NCBI GenBank assembly: GCA_963846575.1
Contig: CAWJWJ010000001.1
Location: forward strand, 960,001-1,024,000
Direction of reading: 5' to 3'
Source of the DNA: an uncultured Nitrospiraceae bacterium
GTDB lineage: Bacteria > Nitrospirota > Nitrospiria > Nitrospirales > Nitrospiraceae
Length of the DNA stretch: 64,000 nucleotides
Position 1 is the stretch's first letter. Every line of letters begins with the position of its first letter. Of the stretch, positions 31,281 through 41,634 are shown piece by piece. A model generated the notes under the pieces. The model saw only the letters and a list, made by a program, of their open reading frames with translations, did not search any database and was not told the DNA's origin. Position numbers and translations under genes: made by a program.

Positions 31281-32538
31281 TCAGGGATAGAGCCCCCGTT
31301 GGAGATGGGCCTGGGCGACCTTGTCGATACCCGACATCAAGGCCGCCATGCGCATCGTCGTCTGTTTCTCGACCGAAAAGTGCAGGGTCCTGTGAAACGC
31401 ATTGGTGATGATATCCTGCAATCGGTCTTGAATATCTTTGGCCTTCCAGAAAAAGCGTTGGACGTCCTGTACCCACTCAAAATACGAGACGATGACGCCA
31501 CCGGAATTGGCCAGAATGTCGGGAATGATGAAGATGCCATTCTCGTTCAGAATCCGATCGGCCTCCAGGGTCGTGGGCCCGTTCGCCCCTTCGGCCAGGA
31601 TCCGGCAGCGCAACTTGGCCGCGTTGGCGGCAGTGATTTGTTCTGAGAGCGCCGCTGGTACCAGCACGGTGCAGTCCAATTGGAGAAGTTCCTCATTGGT
31701 AATGGGCTCGCCCAGGGTTATGTCGGGAAGCGGTTGCGTGTTGCTCCCGGTACCGTCGCAGGAGCTCCGGAATGTCGAGGCCTTTCGAATTGTAGATCCC
31801 TCCGGTTTCGTCGCTGACGGCAATCACCTGCGCCCCGGCCTGCTGCATGATCACGGCCGTGTGGGACCCCACGTTGCCGAATCCCTGAATGGCAACGGTC
31901 GTATCGGAGGGTTTGAGGTTCAGGTGCCGGAGGGCTTCCAGGGTGACATAGACCACGCCACGGCCTGTGGCCTCCTCGCGGCCCAGGCTCCCACCGATCG
32001 ATAGGGGTTTCCCCGTCACCACACCCTGCACGGCGTAACCGACTTGCTGGCTGTAGGTGTCCATGATCCAGGCCATCACCTGTTGATCCGTCCCCACGTC
32101 CGGTGCAGGGACATCCTTATCCGGTCCGATCAACGGGAAAATTTCCGAGGCATAACGTCGGGTCAGGCGCTGTAGTTCACCGCGACTTAATCGCTTGGGG
32201 TCCACTTTCACGCCGCCTTTGGCACCGCCGTAAGGAAGGTCTGCCAGGGCGCATTTCCAGGTCATCCACATGGCGAGGGCTGCCACTTCGCCGAGGTTCA
32301 CATCCGGATGATATCGAATGCCGCCTTTGGATGGACCACGGGCGGAGTCGTGTTGAACTCGATATCCGGTAAATACTTCCACGCGGCCATCGTCCATCTT
32401 GACCGGGACGCTGACGATCAACGACCGCTGCGGCAATTTCAGCCGTTCGCGCAGGTTGGGGTGCAGCTCCATCGTCTCCGCCGCTTCGTTGAATTGGGCC
32501 ACGGCGAGGCGAAAAGTATGGGTATCAAGTTCCGTCAT
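31281..32538 (-). CDS. gdhA: Glu/Leu/Phe/Val dehydrogenase, one apparent +1 frameshift near 31745
   Basis: GPSKGGIRYHP, GGAKGG, PAPDVGT, QGFGNVG in ORF 31693-32538; EGANGPT, PDILANSGGV..SYFEWVQ in ORF 31281-31823; span 1258 nt (3n+1). Confidence 0.9.
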
Positions 32539-32542
32539 TACG

Positions 32543-33370
32543 TCACTCCTCCTGGCTGATTCGTGCGTTGACTGGACTGGTCTCCAGCGGAGGCGCCGGG
32601 GTTCTCAAAAAAGAGTCCAGACTCTCCGGCCCGATGGCATGCGTCCAGCTCAGATCGAATTGTTCGCCAAAGCTGGCGGTGATCCGCTGCTGAACCGCGT
32701 ACATGTCCGGGACGGTTCCTAAGAGAGATTCCATGGAGGTGACCCGGCAGTCGGCAATGCCGCAAGGCACGATATGAGAAAACGGAGTCAGGTCCATGGA
32801 GACATTCAGCGCAAAACCGTGCGTGGTGATCCCTTGAGCAATGCGCACCCCGATAAAGGCGATTTTCGAAGGACGGCTCCCCCCGACCCACACGCCTGGC
32901 AGACGCTCGCGGCGATGGCCGGTAATGCCCCATTCGGCCAGTGTGGCGATGAGCATCTCCTCCAGCCGGTACACATACGCTTTGGGCCCCGCGCAGTAGT
33001 CGGGCAGGCGGAGGATCGGGTAACCCACGGCCTGACCCGGTCCATGATAGGTGATGGACCCGCCCCGTTCTGTTCGAATGATGGGAATGTCGGTGTGTTG
33101 CGCGAGTTCTTCCTCTCCGGGCCAATGGCCGTCCTGCGTCGTACGCCCGAGGGTAAAGACGGCAGGATGTTCCATGAGCAGCAGGAGATCAGGGCGGCGG
33201 TCGGCTGCCCGCTCGGCTCGGAAGGTACGCTGGAGATCCCAGGCGTGGCCGTAGGGCACTTGCCCGCAAAGGACGACGATGCCTCTGTGGGAAGGTTCCA
33301 TGCGTCCCGGCGTGCTCGTCGCCAGGGCGGATGCTGTCGGTTCAGGATGTGCAAGGTTATTGAACGCCAT
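32543..33370 (-). CDS. lipB: Lipoyl(octanoyl) transferase
   Basis: EHPAVFTLGR, RGGSITYHGPGQ, HGFALNV, IVPCGI. Confidence 0.95.
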   Translation of the reverse strand: MAFNNLAHPEPTASALATSTPGRMEPSHRGIVVLCGQVPYGHAWDLQRTFRAERAADRRPDLLLLMEHPAVFTLGRTTQDGHWPGEEELAQHTDIPIIRTERGGSITYHGPGQAVGYPILRLPDYCAGPKAYVYRLEEMLIATLAEWGITGHRRERLPGVWVGGSRPSKIAFIGVRIAQGITTHGFALNVSMDLTPFSHIVPCGIADCRVTSMESLLGTVPDMYAVQQRITASFGEQFDLSWTHAIGPESLDSFLRTPAPPLETSPVNARISQEE

Positions 33371-33372
33371 CG

Positions 33373-34446
33373 TTACGGCTGTGTCGGGCTTGATCGCGAG
33401 ACCGAGATCGTGGTTGTGCCGGTGTTCCCTTGTGCGGTGACCTGAAACACCATCTGGTCGCCCGCGCCCCAGACCGCGTGCCAAAAGTCCCCGATGTTGA
33501 AAATCTGACGGTTGTCGATTGCCGTGACCACGTCCCCGGACTGCAAACCGGCCCGGCCGACCGGTTTCGAGGGGTCTACCTGCAGGGCCAGAATGCCTCG
33601 ATCACTCTCCAGGTCGAAACTCGCGGCGACGCTCGGGGTGACGGTCACGGGAATCAGCCCAAGATCCGGCCGCAGCACCGATCCGCGGACCATCATAGAC
33701 TGAATGTGGGGAATGATGGCCTCCATGGCGATCGCGTAACTGATGGCCTGAGCGGAGGGAGCGATCGCCACGTTGATGCCGATGACCTGGCCGTACCGAT
33801 CTACGAGCGGGCCGCCGCTGTTGCCGGGGTTGATGGCGGCGTCCGTCTGGAGCAAATCGTAGAGTGTCTCTCCTTCCGGAGTGAGGACGGACCGGTCAAG
33901 CGCGCTAATGACACCCACCGTGACCGTCGAACCACCTTTCAGCGCCAGCGGGTTGCCGATGGCAATGACGGTTTCCCCGATTTCGATGGGCGCGCGACGG
34001 TTCATCTCCGCAGCGACCAGGTCCGGCGCCGTAATCCGGACCAACGCCAGGTCGAGAAGAAAATCACGGGCAACCACCCGGCCGGGGGTGAGGCGGCCGG
34101 TTGACAGCCCCACCACCACGCTGGTCACTCCTTGCACCAGATGGTTGTTCGTGAGGATGTCTCCGTTGGAATTCAGGATGACGCCTGAGCCGGAGCCCGG
34201 GGGAGCTCCGTGCTGGGATCCGCCCGAAGGGACGCCGCGTGTGAGGACCGTCACGACCGAAGGACGAACCTTCGCCACCACGGCCGGCACCGACAATTCT
34301 TTTTGCGAGGAGTCTCCAGCCTTGGGCTGGTCCGAACTAAGGGATGGACTGTGAAAGACGGCCAGGAAAAGAGAGATGAGCCCCAGGGCCAGGAACCGCG
34401 TCCGGAAGCGATGGGTAGCAATGTGCCTGGGGGAGCCTGGTACCAT
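33373..34446 (-). CDS. HtrA/DegS-like serine protease with one PDZ
   Basis: GSGVI..LTNNH, DLAL, QTDAAINPGNSGGPL; start approximate. Confidence 0.93.
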   Translation of the reverse strand: MVPGSPRHIATHRFRTRFLALGLISLFLAVFHSPSLSSDQPKAGDSSQKELSVPAVVAKVRPSVVTVLTRGVPSGGSQHGAPPGSGSGVILNSNGDILTNNHLVQGVTSVVVGLSTGRLTPGRVVARDFLLDLALVRITAPDLVAAEMNRRAPIEIGETVIAIGNPLALKGGSTVTVGVISALDRSVLTPEGETLYDLLQTDAAINPGNSGGPLVDRYGQVIGINVAIAPSAQAISYAIAMEAIIPHIQSMMVRGSVLRPDLGLIPVTVTPSVAASFDLESDRGILALQVDPSKPVGRAGLQSGDVVTAIDNRQIFNIGDFWHAVWGAGDQMVFQVTAQGNTGTTTISVSRSSPTQP

Positions 34447-34573
34447 GGGAGAACACGTTCCTCCGTCGACGCATTCTCTCACAATCCTGGCAGGCGCGAA
34501 AGCGCGCCCGACACAAGGCGGGCGAGATTACGATCCCGCCCGCCTTGCAATGCCGGGCCGTTGCATGCCGCTG

Positions 34574-35833
34574 TCACTTGAGGGCAGCAAACATCTCTTT
34601 GACGAACGGCGTCTTGAGCTTCTTGAGGGCTTTGGCTTCAATCTGGCGAATCCGCTCCCGCGTCACCGACAGATGTTGCCCGACCTGTTCGAGCGTACGG
34701 GCCTGATCCTCGCCGATACCAAACCGCAAGCGGATGACCGTTTGTTCTCGAGGCGTCAACGTGCCAAGAATTCGATCCATTTCCCGCGTAAGTTCCGTGC
34801 GATTCACCAGCGCATCCGGCGGAACCGCTTGATGGTCGGGTAACAGTTCACCGAGTTCGGTCCCGCCATCACCGACCCGGTGCTCCAGCGCGACCGGTTC
34901 CTGAAACGCCTGAATGGTTTCATGCAGGCGATCCGGCCGCATGCGCATGGTAAACGCCACTTCTTCCAGCCGGGGCTGGCGCCCCAACTGCTGGACGAGG
35001 CGACGGGACGTTCGCAGGATCCGGTTCGACGCTTCTGTTTGATGCACGGGGATCCGGATCGTTCGCGACTGATCGGCCAGCGACCGGGTAATACCCTGTC
35101 GAATCCACCAGGTGGCGTAGGTGCTGAATTTGAATCCCTTGCGGTGCTGGTACCGCTCGGCCGCCTTCATCAATCCAATGTTGCCTTCCTGCACAAGATC
35201 CAGCAGCGTGAGCCCGCGTCCGGTGTAATGTTTCGCGACGTTGACGACTAACCGAAGGTTGCAACGCACCAACTCGTCCTTGGCGGTTTCCAGGGTGATC
35301 CGGGAACTGTGCAATTGGGCCAGGGAAGCGCTCAGGTCCTTGTGCACGGACGCGCCGGATTTCCCACTGGCGGCGGCCTCCTGTCGCAGGTTCGTCAACG
35401 CAATATCCGCCTGGTTGAGCACGGTTGCTGAGAATCCGCTCAGGCGGCGCACGGTCTGCAATGTTTGCACATGTTCCGTGGTGGCGGGCGTCCGTTTCAG
35501 GCGGCCGGCGGTTTTAGCCGCCTGCTGCAGCGTCTGGCGAATTTGTCTGGTGCCGAGGTCGAGCTGCTTGGCCAAGGCGATTTCCTCGTCACGTTCGAGG
35601 AGTCCGCGTTCACCGAACGAACGAAAATATAAGGACTCTAAAAGAAACGGCGAGGAGGCCGACCGCGTAATCTTCGCAGGCACCTCTGCCTCAGGTTCTG
35701 TTTCCGGCTGATCGTCCGCCTCTTGAGCGATGCTATCCAGCAACCCGCTGGCTTCAGAATCGTCAGCATCGGGGTCAACCTGGGAGATCACCGTGGTTTC
35801 TGTATCGTCTTGAATCGCGAGAGCCTGTTTCAT
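34574..35833 (-). CDS. RpoD/SigA-family sigma factor (no evident region 1.1)
   Basis: [44 protein letters not shown]. Confidence 0.93.
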   Translation of the reverse strand: MKQALAIQDDTETTVISQVDPDADDSEASGLLDSIAQEADDQPETEPEAEVPAKITRSASSPFLLESLYFRSFGERGLLERDEEIALAKQLDLGTRQIRQTLQQAAKTAGRLKRTPATTEHVQTLQTVRRLSGFSATVLNQADIALTNLRQEAAASGKSGASVHKDLSASLAQLHSSRITLETAKDELVRCNLRLVVNVAKHYTGRGLTLLDLVQEGNIGLMKAAERYQHRKGFKFSTYATWWIRQGITRSLADQSRTIRIPVHQTEASNRILRTSRRLVQQLGRQPRLEEVAFTMRMRPDRLHETIQAFQEPVALEHRVGDGGTELGELLPDHQAVPPDALVNRTELTREMDRILGTLTPREQTVIRLRFGIGEDQARTLEQVGQHLSVTRERIRQIEAKALKKLKTPFVKEMFAALK

Positions 35834-36157
35834 CGTCGTCACCCCTCTTCCCCATCTCGGGGAGGTTGGCTGTCTGGCGTTCGGAAGAGGCTTATCTGTA
35901 CACACTACGTTGGAGACACGGAGCAGCAAAAAGGATTCACTCGATCACGGGCTTGCCTTGTGGCGTTATGAATACTACGGGTCTGACGGGGTTCTGGATT
36001 TTCACTCTTTCGAGATAAGGACGCGCGTCGAACTGTCAAGGCGCCGGACGTGGTCTTGGTGCGGTGGTGTGGTTGGACTCGTTCGCAGGAAGGCCTCGCG
36101 CGGCGTACGGGCCGTTCGGTTGAAAAAGCCGTCGGCAGTCTCCTAGAATGCCGAACT

Positions 36158-37036
36158 ATGTCACAACTGAAAAACGGCGAGCGTGTACATCTGGTGGACA
36201 AGAAGGGCCGGCACTATGCCCTGACCTTAAAAGCCGGGGATATCTATCACTTCAGCGGCGAAACCATTCCGCACGATGAACTCATCGATAAGCCGGACGG
36301 CTCGATCGTGACGCTGTCAAAGGGGAAACGATTCCTGGCGTTGCGTCCGACCTTCGGGGAGTACGTGCTGAAAATGCCCCGCGGCGCGCAGGTGTTGTAC
36401 CCGAAAGACCTGTCGTTGATTCCCATGTGGGCGGATGTCTATCCCGGAGCGAGGGTATTCGAGGCGGGTACCGGGTCCGGGGCGCTCACGATGGCCCTGC
36501 TGCGAGCGGTAGGGCCGACCGGGCTGGTGGTGACCTACGAAGCCCGCGACGATTTCGCACGAACGGCCCTGACCAACATCGAGCGATACATGGGGCCGGT
36601 TTCCACCCTGATGCCCTGTCGAAAGAACGCTTACGAGGGGATCGACGTGCTCGAAGACGGGCGTCTTTTTGACCGTCTGGTGCTGGACTTGCCGGAACCG
36701 TGGCAGGTCGTCCCGCATGCGGCATCGGTCTTACGCTCGGGAGGCATCTATTTGAGCTTCGTCCCGACGGTGCCGCAGGTCATGCAAACGGTCGAGGCGC
36801 TCGAACGGACCGCGGTCTTCGGCATGATCGAGACCTTTGAAACGCTGCTCAGAACCTGGTCGATCCAGGGACGCAGTGTTCGCCCGGACCATCGCATGGT
36901 GGCGCATTCCGGTTTTCTGACCGTGGCCAGAAAGGTGGAAGCCGGCTGGTGGTCGAACAGCACCAAGACGGCGGTGCCCGAGTCGGCAGTCGAGACGGAC
37001 CACGAAGAGGGCGAAGGGGAGGAGCCGGGAACATGA
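36158..37036 (+). CDS. trmI: tRNA (adenine58-N1)-methyltransferase
   Basis: MPRGAQVLYPKD, EAGTGSGAL, LDLPEPW, RPDHRMVAHSGFL. Confidence 0.93.
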   Translation: MSQLKNGERVHLVDKKGRHYALTLKAGDIYHFSGETIPHDELIDKPDGSIVTLSKGKRFLALRPTFGEYVLKMPRGAQVLYPKDLSLIPMWADVYPGARVFEAGTGSGALTMALLRAVGPTGLVVTYEARDDFARTALTNIERYMGPVSTLMPCRKNAYEGIDVLEDGRLFDRLVLDLPEPWQVVPHAASVLRSGGIYLSFVPTVPQVMQTVEALERTAVFGMIETFETLLRTWSIQGRSVRPDHRMVAHSGFLTVARKVEAGWWSNSTKTAVPESAVETDHEEGEGEEPGT

Positions 37037-37794
37037 ATCGCTTACAGGGAAAGGTGGCCATTATTACCGGTGGCAACGCTGGAATCGGGGAAGCGATTGC
37101 GAAGCTCTTCGCGGATGAGGGCGCGTCGGTCGTCGTGACGGGCCGCCGCAAGGACGAACTCGATCGAGTGGTGAAGGGCATCGGGGTCAACGGCGGAAGG
37201 GCTCTGGCGGTCGCCGGCTCAGTCACGGATGAGGCCCACGTCAAAGAGGTGGTGGCGCAGACGACGCGCACCTTCGGAAAGCTGCACATTCTGGTGAACA
37301 ATGCCGGAATAGGTGATTTTGGAAAGCGTCTGCATGAGACCGACGATGCCACCTGGCTGAACATGTTAGACATCAACCTGACGGGAGTCTTCAGGATCAC
37401 TCGCGCGGCGGTGCCGGAAATCATCAAAAGTGGAGGCGGGGCGATCATCAATATCTCCTCGGTTGCCAGTTTAATCGGAATTCGCGGCCTGCCGAGTTAT
37501 GCCGCGTCCAAAGGCGGGCTGGATTCTCTGACCAGAGCCATGGCAGTGGATTACGCGCAGGACAATATTCGCTGCAATGTGGTGAATCCCGGCTTGATCG
37601 ATACTCCCATGGCGGCTCCGCTGATGGCGAATCCCGCTGCCCTCCAGCCGATCATGGCGCAGTACGCCATCCAACGACCTGGAAAGCCGGAGGAAGTGGC
37701 CAAGATGGTCCTGTACCTGGCCTCCGATGATGCGACCTGGGTAACCGGCGGGACGTTCCCTATCGACGGGGGCATGACGATCAGCAAGGGGTAG
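37033..37794 (+). CDS. SDR family oxidoreductase
   Basis: TGGNAGIG, NNAG, YAASK. Confidence 0.93.
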   Translation: MNRLQGKVAIITGGNAGIGEAIAKLFADEGASVVVTGRRKDELDRVVKGIGVNGGRALAVAGSVTDEAHVKEVVAQTTRTFGKLHILVNNAGIGDFGKRLHETDDATWLNMLDINLTGVFRITRAAVPEIIKSGGGAIINISSVASLIGIRGLPSYAASKGGLDSLTRAMAVDYAQDNIRCNVVNPGLIDTPMAAPLMANPAALQPIMAQYAIQRPGKPEEVAKMVLYLASDDATWVTGGTFPIDGGMTISKG

Positions 37795-37848
37795 CCGGGC
37801 ACGATCCGGATACAGGCAACGTTGCGCAGGACGTAAAAGGCATTGGCC

Positions 37849-38706
37849 ATGGACATCACCGTTCAGACTCAGTGGTGCGGCATCATCGGCAATCCGGTGG
37901 AGCATTCGCTCTCGCCCGCCATTCATAATGCGGCCTTTAAGGAACTGGGCCTGGATCTCGTCTACCTGGCTCTTCGCGTGGAAAAGATCGGCGACGCGTT
38001 GAACGGGGTGCGGGCGCTGGGTAACGCGCGAGGGTTCAGCGTGACCATCCCGCATAAGGTCGCCGCGATTCCGTTTCTGGATGAAGTTGAACCCACCGCC
38101 AGGCACATCGGCGCCATCAACACCATCGTCGTCGAGGACGGCAAGTTAAAAGGGTACAACACGGATGCGTCCGGGGCGTTGCGCGCGCTGAAAGAGGGAG
38201 GGGCCTTGCTGGAAGGTCACCGCGTCCTGGTGCTGGGTTCAGGCGGAGCGGCGAGGGCGATTGCCTTCGCATTGGCCTCGGGGACCGGCATCGCGGGCCT
38301 GACAATTTTAGGCATCGAAGAGGCCGAGCGGCAGAAACTCGTGAAGGACCTGCGAGGGAAGACGGGGATTCCCATCGAGGAGGGACCGCTGTCGTTGGAT
38401 ATGCTGCGCAACTGGGTGCCGCACGTCCGCACCTTAGTCCACTGCACGCCGGTCGGCATGCATCCTCGCGTGGACGAGTCCTGTGTGCCGACGAACCTGT
38501 TCCGGCCGGAGTTGACGGTGATGGACATCGTCTATAATCCCCGCGAAACGAAATTGCTGCAGGAAGCCAAGGCCGCGGGATGCCGGACCATTTCGGGACT
38601 GGAGATGTTCCTGAATCAAGCGGTCCAGCAGTTTGAGCTCTGGACCAAACAGCCGGCTCCGGCCGATGTGATGCGCCAGGTACTGGAGTCGCGCTTTGGA
38701 GCCTGA
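37849..38706 (+). CDS. aroE: Shikimate dehydrogenase
   Basis: HSLSPAIHN, VTIPHK, GAINT, YNTD, GSGGAARA, DIVYNP. Confidence 0.95.
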   Translation: MDITVQTQWCGIIGNPVEHSLSPAIHNAAFKELGLDLVYLALRVEKIGDALNGVRALGNARGFSVTIPHKVAAIPFLDEVEPTARHIGAINTIVVEDGKLKGYNTDASGALRALKEGGALLEGHRVLVLGSGGAARAIAFALASGTGIAGLTILGIEEAERQKLVKDLRGKTGIPIEEGPLSLDMLRNWVPHVRTLVHCTPVGMHPRVDESCVPTNLFRPELTVMDIVYNPRETKLLQEAKAAGCRTISGLEMFLNQAVQQFELWTKQPAPADVMRQVLESRFGA

Positions 38707-39289
38707 AGCCCCGGCCCCTGCGAAGCCACCCTCGCAAACAGCCTCTCCTGCTGCGTTCCTGGATTCCCGTCAGAATCTTGTCTTGATCGGCTATCGCGGC
38801 ACCGGAAAGAGCGCGGCGGGAAAGTTTCTGGCCCGCGAGCTGCGCCGGCACCTCGTGTCGACGGATGCGGAGGTGGTCCGGCGGGCGAAGCTCTCCATCC
38901 CCGAGATTGTGGAGACATTCGGGTGGGACCACTTTCGGGATTTGGAATCGGCAGTCTGCCGGGATTTTGCGGGGCGGGACCAGCTCATCATCGACACCGG
39001 GGGCGGCGCCATCCTGCGGCCTGAGAATGTGGAGGCCCTGCGACGCACCGGGACGCTCGTCTGGTTGACCGCGTCGGTCGAGACCATCGCGCGCCGCATC
39101 GGCGGCGATACGCAGCGTCCCTCATTGACCGGCACGAAGTCGTTTACGGAAGAAATTCGCGAGGTCCTGGCGGAACGGATGCCAAAATACCGGGCGGCGG
39201 CCCACCATATGGTGCCGACCGATGGCGTTTCCACGGCGCAGGTCGCCGCGCGCATCATGCAGCAGCTCTCGCACAAGCCGGCCGGATAA
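38696..39289 (+). CDS. aroK: Shikimate kinase
   Basis: IGYRGTGKS, FRDLE, TGGG, RPSL. Confidence 0.93.
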   Translation: MEPEAPAPAKPPSQTASPAAFLDSRQNLVLIGYRGTGKSAAGKFLARELRRHLVSTDAEVVRRAKLSIPEIVETFGWDHFRDLESAVCRDFAGRDQLIIDTGGGAILRPENVEALRRTGTLVWLTASVETIARRIGGDTQRPSLTGTKSFTEEIREVLAERMPKYRAAAHHMVPTDGVSTAQVAARIMQQLSHKPAG

Positions 39290-39373
39290 CACCCCGGACA
39301 GGCGGCCGGCTCACGAGCGGGACGCCTGGCATTCTTGACAACGCCTGCGGAACAATGGTTCTTATACCGGCGC

Positions 39374-39450
39374 GCGCCCGTAGCTCAATTGGATAGAGCA
39401 TCGGACTTCGGATCCGAGGGTTGGGGGTTCAAGTCCCTCCGGGCGCACCA
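39374..39450 (+). tRNA. tRNA-Arg (anticodon TCG)
   Basis: Acceptor GCGCCCG/CGGGCGC-A-CCA; anticodon stem TCGGA/TCCGA with loop CT-TCG-GA; T-loop GTTCAAGT; 77 nt. Confidence 0.95.
39406..39450 (+). repeat. attL core (tRNA 3' half)
   Basis: CTTCGGATCCGAGGGTTGGGGGTTCAAGTCCCTCCGGGCGCACCA, identical to 48067-48111. Confidence 0.95.
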
Positions 39451-39496
39451 GATAATCAATAGGTTGCATCTTTTCTTCCGTTTTCTCCTCTTGGCT

Positions 39497-39519
39497 GGTC
39501 ACGGTTTTGGTCACGGTTC
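39497..39519 (+). repeat. Putative integrase arm-type sites (left)
   Basis: GGTCACGGTTTTGGTCACGGTTC, identical at 47902-47924. Confidence 0.7.
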
Positions 39520-40552
39520 CAGCCAGACTTCCTCGATTCACGGCGTCCCGAAGATGTCCTGGGGCGAGGTGGGCATATCGGAGCGTCGTCTCAATATCGC
39601 GGTGCCCGAGGATCTCCTTCACCGACACGAGATCGACCCCTGCCATGACACGGCGACTAGCTGCGGTATGTCGGAGTGAGTGCCAGCACGCCCCGGTAAT
39701 CCCCGCTCGACGCAGGCCAGGCTCAAACGCGCGCCGGAGGAAGGCCCGGCTGTCCATCGGGTGAGTCACGTCCTTTAATCCTGGAAAGACCCACGCCGAT
39801 CGAAGGAACGAGTCAAATGACCTCAGAATCGGTCTTGGCTCCTTCGCTCAAGGGCACATGCCGGGTTTTTCCTCCCTTCGGCATGGGGAGGGTCAGGACC
39901 TCGTTCTCCAAATCGACCTGGTTCCACCTGAGCGAAAACTGTTCTCCTCGTCTCAGACCCCGTCTCGACGGCGAAGGCCACCAATTTCCACTCCTCCGGG
40001 GTCATCACGCCCCTCAATCGGTCAAGTTCCTCACTGGTCAGGAATCGCGTCCGGTTCGCTTCAGGGAAGAACTTGAGGCTGGAGACTGGGTTCTTGGTGA
40101 GCTTGTCGTCTTTGACGGCTAACATCAGCACATGACGAAGGAAGGCAAAATGCCGGTTGATCGTGGCATCCGCCCACAGTCGTTGCGGTTCCTTCTTGCT
40201 CACCTTCATTTTGGCTCGCATTCTGGCCTGAATGCGCCGGAGATCGTCTACTGAAATCTGGGTGAGCACGCGATTCCCGATGAGCAGCGACCAGCGTCGC
40301 CCATAGAGCACTTCACCTGGCTTGTTGCGGTTGACAGATCCTTCGAGATAGCGATTGATCCACGCCCGAAGCGTAATGTCCTTTCGAGGGGCGAATTTCT
40401 CCGGGAAAAATGTCCCTTCCCGAATGTCGGCCTTCAATCGGCCATACAGGGCCTTGGCCTGTGATTTCGTATCACACCGAAACCAGCGCTCCCGACCGTG
40501 GACGTAGAGGCGCACCCACCAGCCTTCACGGCCTTTCCGCTGCGTGATGCCT

Positions 40553-41219
40553 CTATCCTTTCCCGCTTTTCTTGCCACGATGGCTCTCCTTTCGCTCCCC
40601 GGTCTTCTGGGCCTCGCGCCACTTTCTCGCCGCGACTCGGTTCTGGCAGCGCGGCTGGCAGTATACCTGGTCGCGCCGGATGGCTAAATAGATCGTCCGC
40701 ACTCGGGGCAGCGACGAATGTAGTCCCCGGACTGGACCAAGAGGTGCACAAAGCGGTACTCAAACTCCTTCGCCTTGCGCTTCGCGCTCACGAAGATTGT
40801 TCCGGTCTCGTCGGAGAAGCTGCCCGGCGATACTCACGACCAGGGTGAACTGCGGAAAGGTGAAGGCGGTGTATCGCTTCATGCCAATAGAGTTCCAACT
40901 GCTCCAGGACGGCGGCCTGAATCTCCTGGGCTTCTTTGCGACTGGGAATCGTCTGATAGTTCTTCGCGTTGGGCACCGCTTCCACGCTCCAGCCACTTTC
41001 GGGGGCCACCATCCCACCGTATCGGTCTCCCGTCTCGTCGACAAAGGCCGCGACCTCAAACGCTACCAGCGTCCATTCCGTGGGCGTCAGAGTTTCTAGA
41101 TCGACCTGTAAAAAGCGGAGCACCCACCCGACGGCGCCATCCGGCATCGTGCGGATGCGCTCGATGGCTTTCTGATACTCCTGTTGGAATTCCTGCTCGG
41201 CCTTCCCCTGTGCGCTCAT
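40553..41219 (-). pseudogene. CGNR zinc-finger protein, about 3 apparent frameshifts
   Basis: Stitched frames: MSAQGKAEQEF...LELYWHE / YTAFTFPQFTLVV / SPGSF...YIRRCPECG / IYLAIRRDQVYCQPRCQNRVAARKWR. Confidence 0.75.
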
Positions 41220-41424
41220 GCCTTCGGCTCCTTTCTCATGCCGAACCCTCCCCGTATTCCTGATCCCAACACCACCGAAAAAAGTGTCGTGCGGAAGGGC
41301 CGTCTCCACCTGAATTTGTTTGGCAAGTGTACCTCCGCACTTGATAATGGCTGTCAAGAGTCATCACGCCTAAAAAATAAGACGCGTGATCATTTTCCAA
41401 ACCATTCTTCCAAGGAGGTGCCCG

Positions 41425-41634
41425 ATGGTCCCAGTACAAAATTGATCACCATTCGAGAAGCGGCCGAACCGGTTAGGTCTGAAGGAAAGCACGATCAGGA
41501 AATACATCCTGAAACGGCAGATCGCCTATGTGAAGCCGTCGGTGCGAGCGGTGCGGATTCCCATCGAGGAATTGGAACGGATTCTCTCTGCCGGTCTGAG
41601 GCCGGCGATCCCTCAGGGGGAGGGTGCCCGATGA
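41425..41634 (+). pseudogene. Excisionase-like HTH protein, frameshifted
   Basis: AAGGAGGTG RBS; stitched KLITIREAAE-RLGLKESTIRKYILKRQIAYVKPSVRAVRIPIEELERIL; stop overlaps the next ATG (ATGA). Confidence 0.8.

Larger units (their letters stand above)
39362..40578 (-). pseudogene. int: Tyrosine integrase, two apparent +1 frameshifts (~39958, ~39830)
   Basis: Stitched reading gives ATINRH, TGLRRGE, KGGKTR, HSLRHT, LGHRD, LRYAHL (all catalytic residues); frame stays open through the tRNA antisense. Confidence 0.9.
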
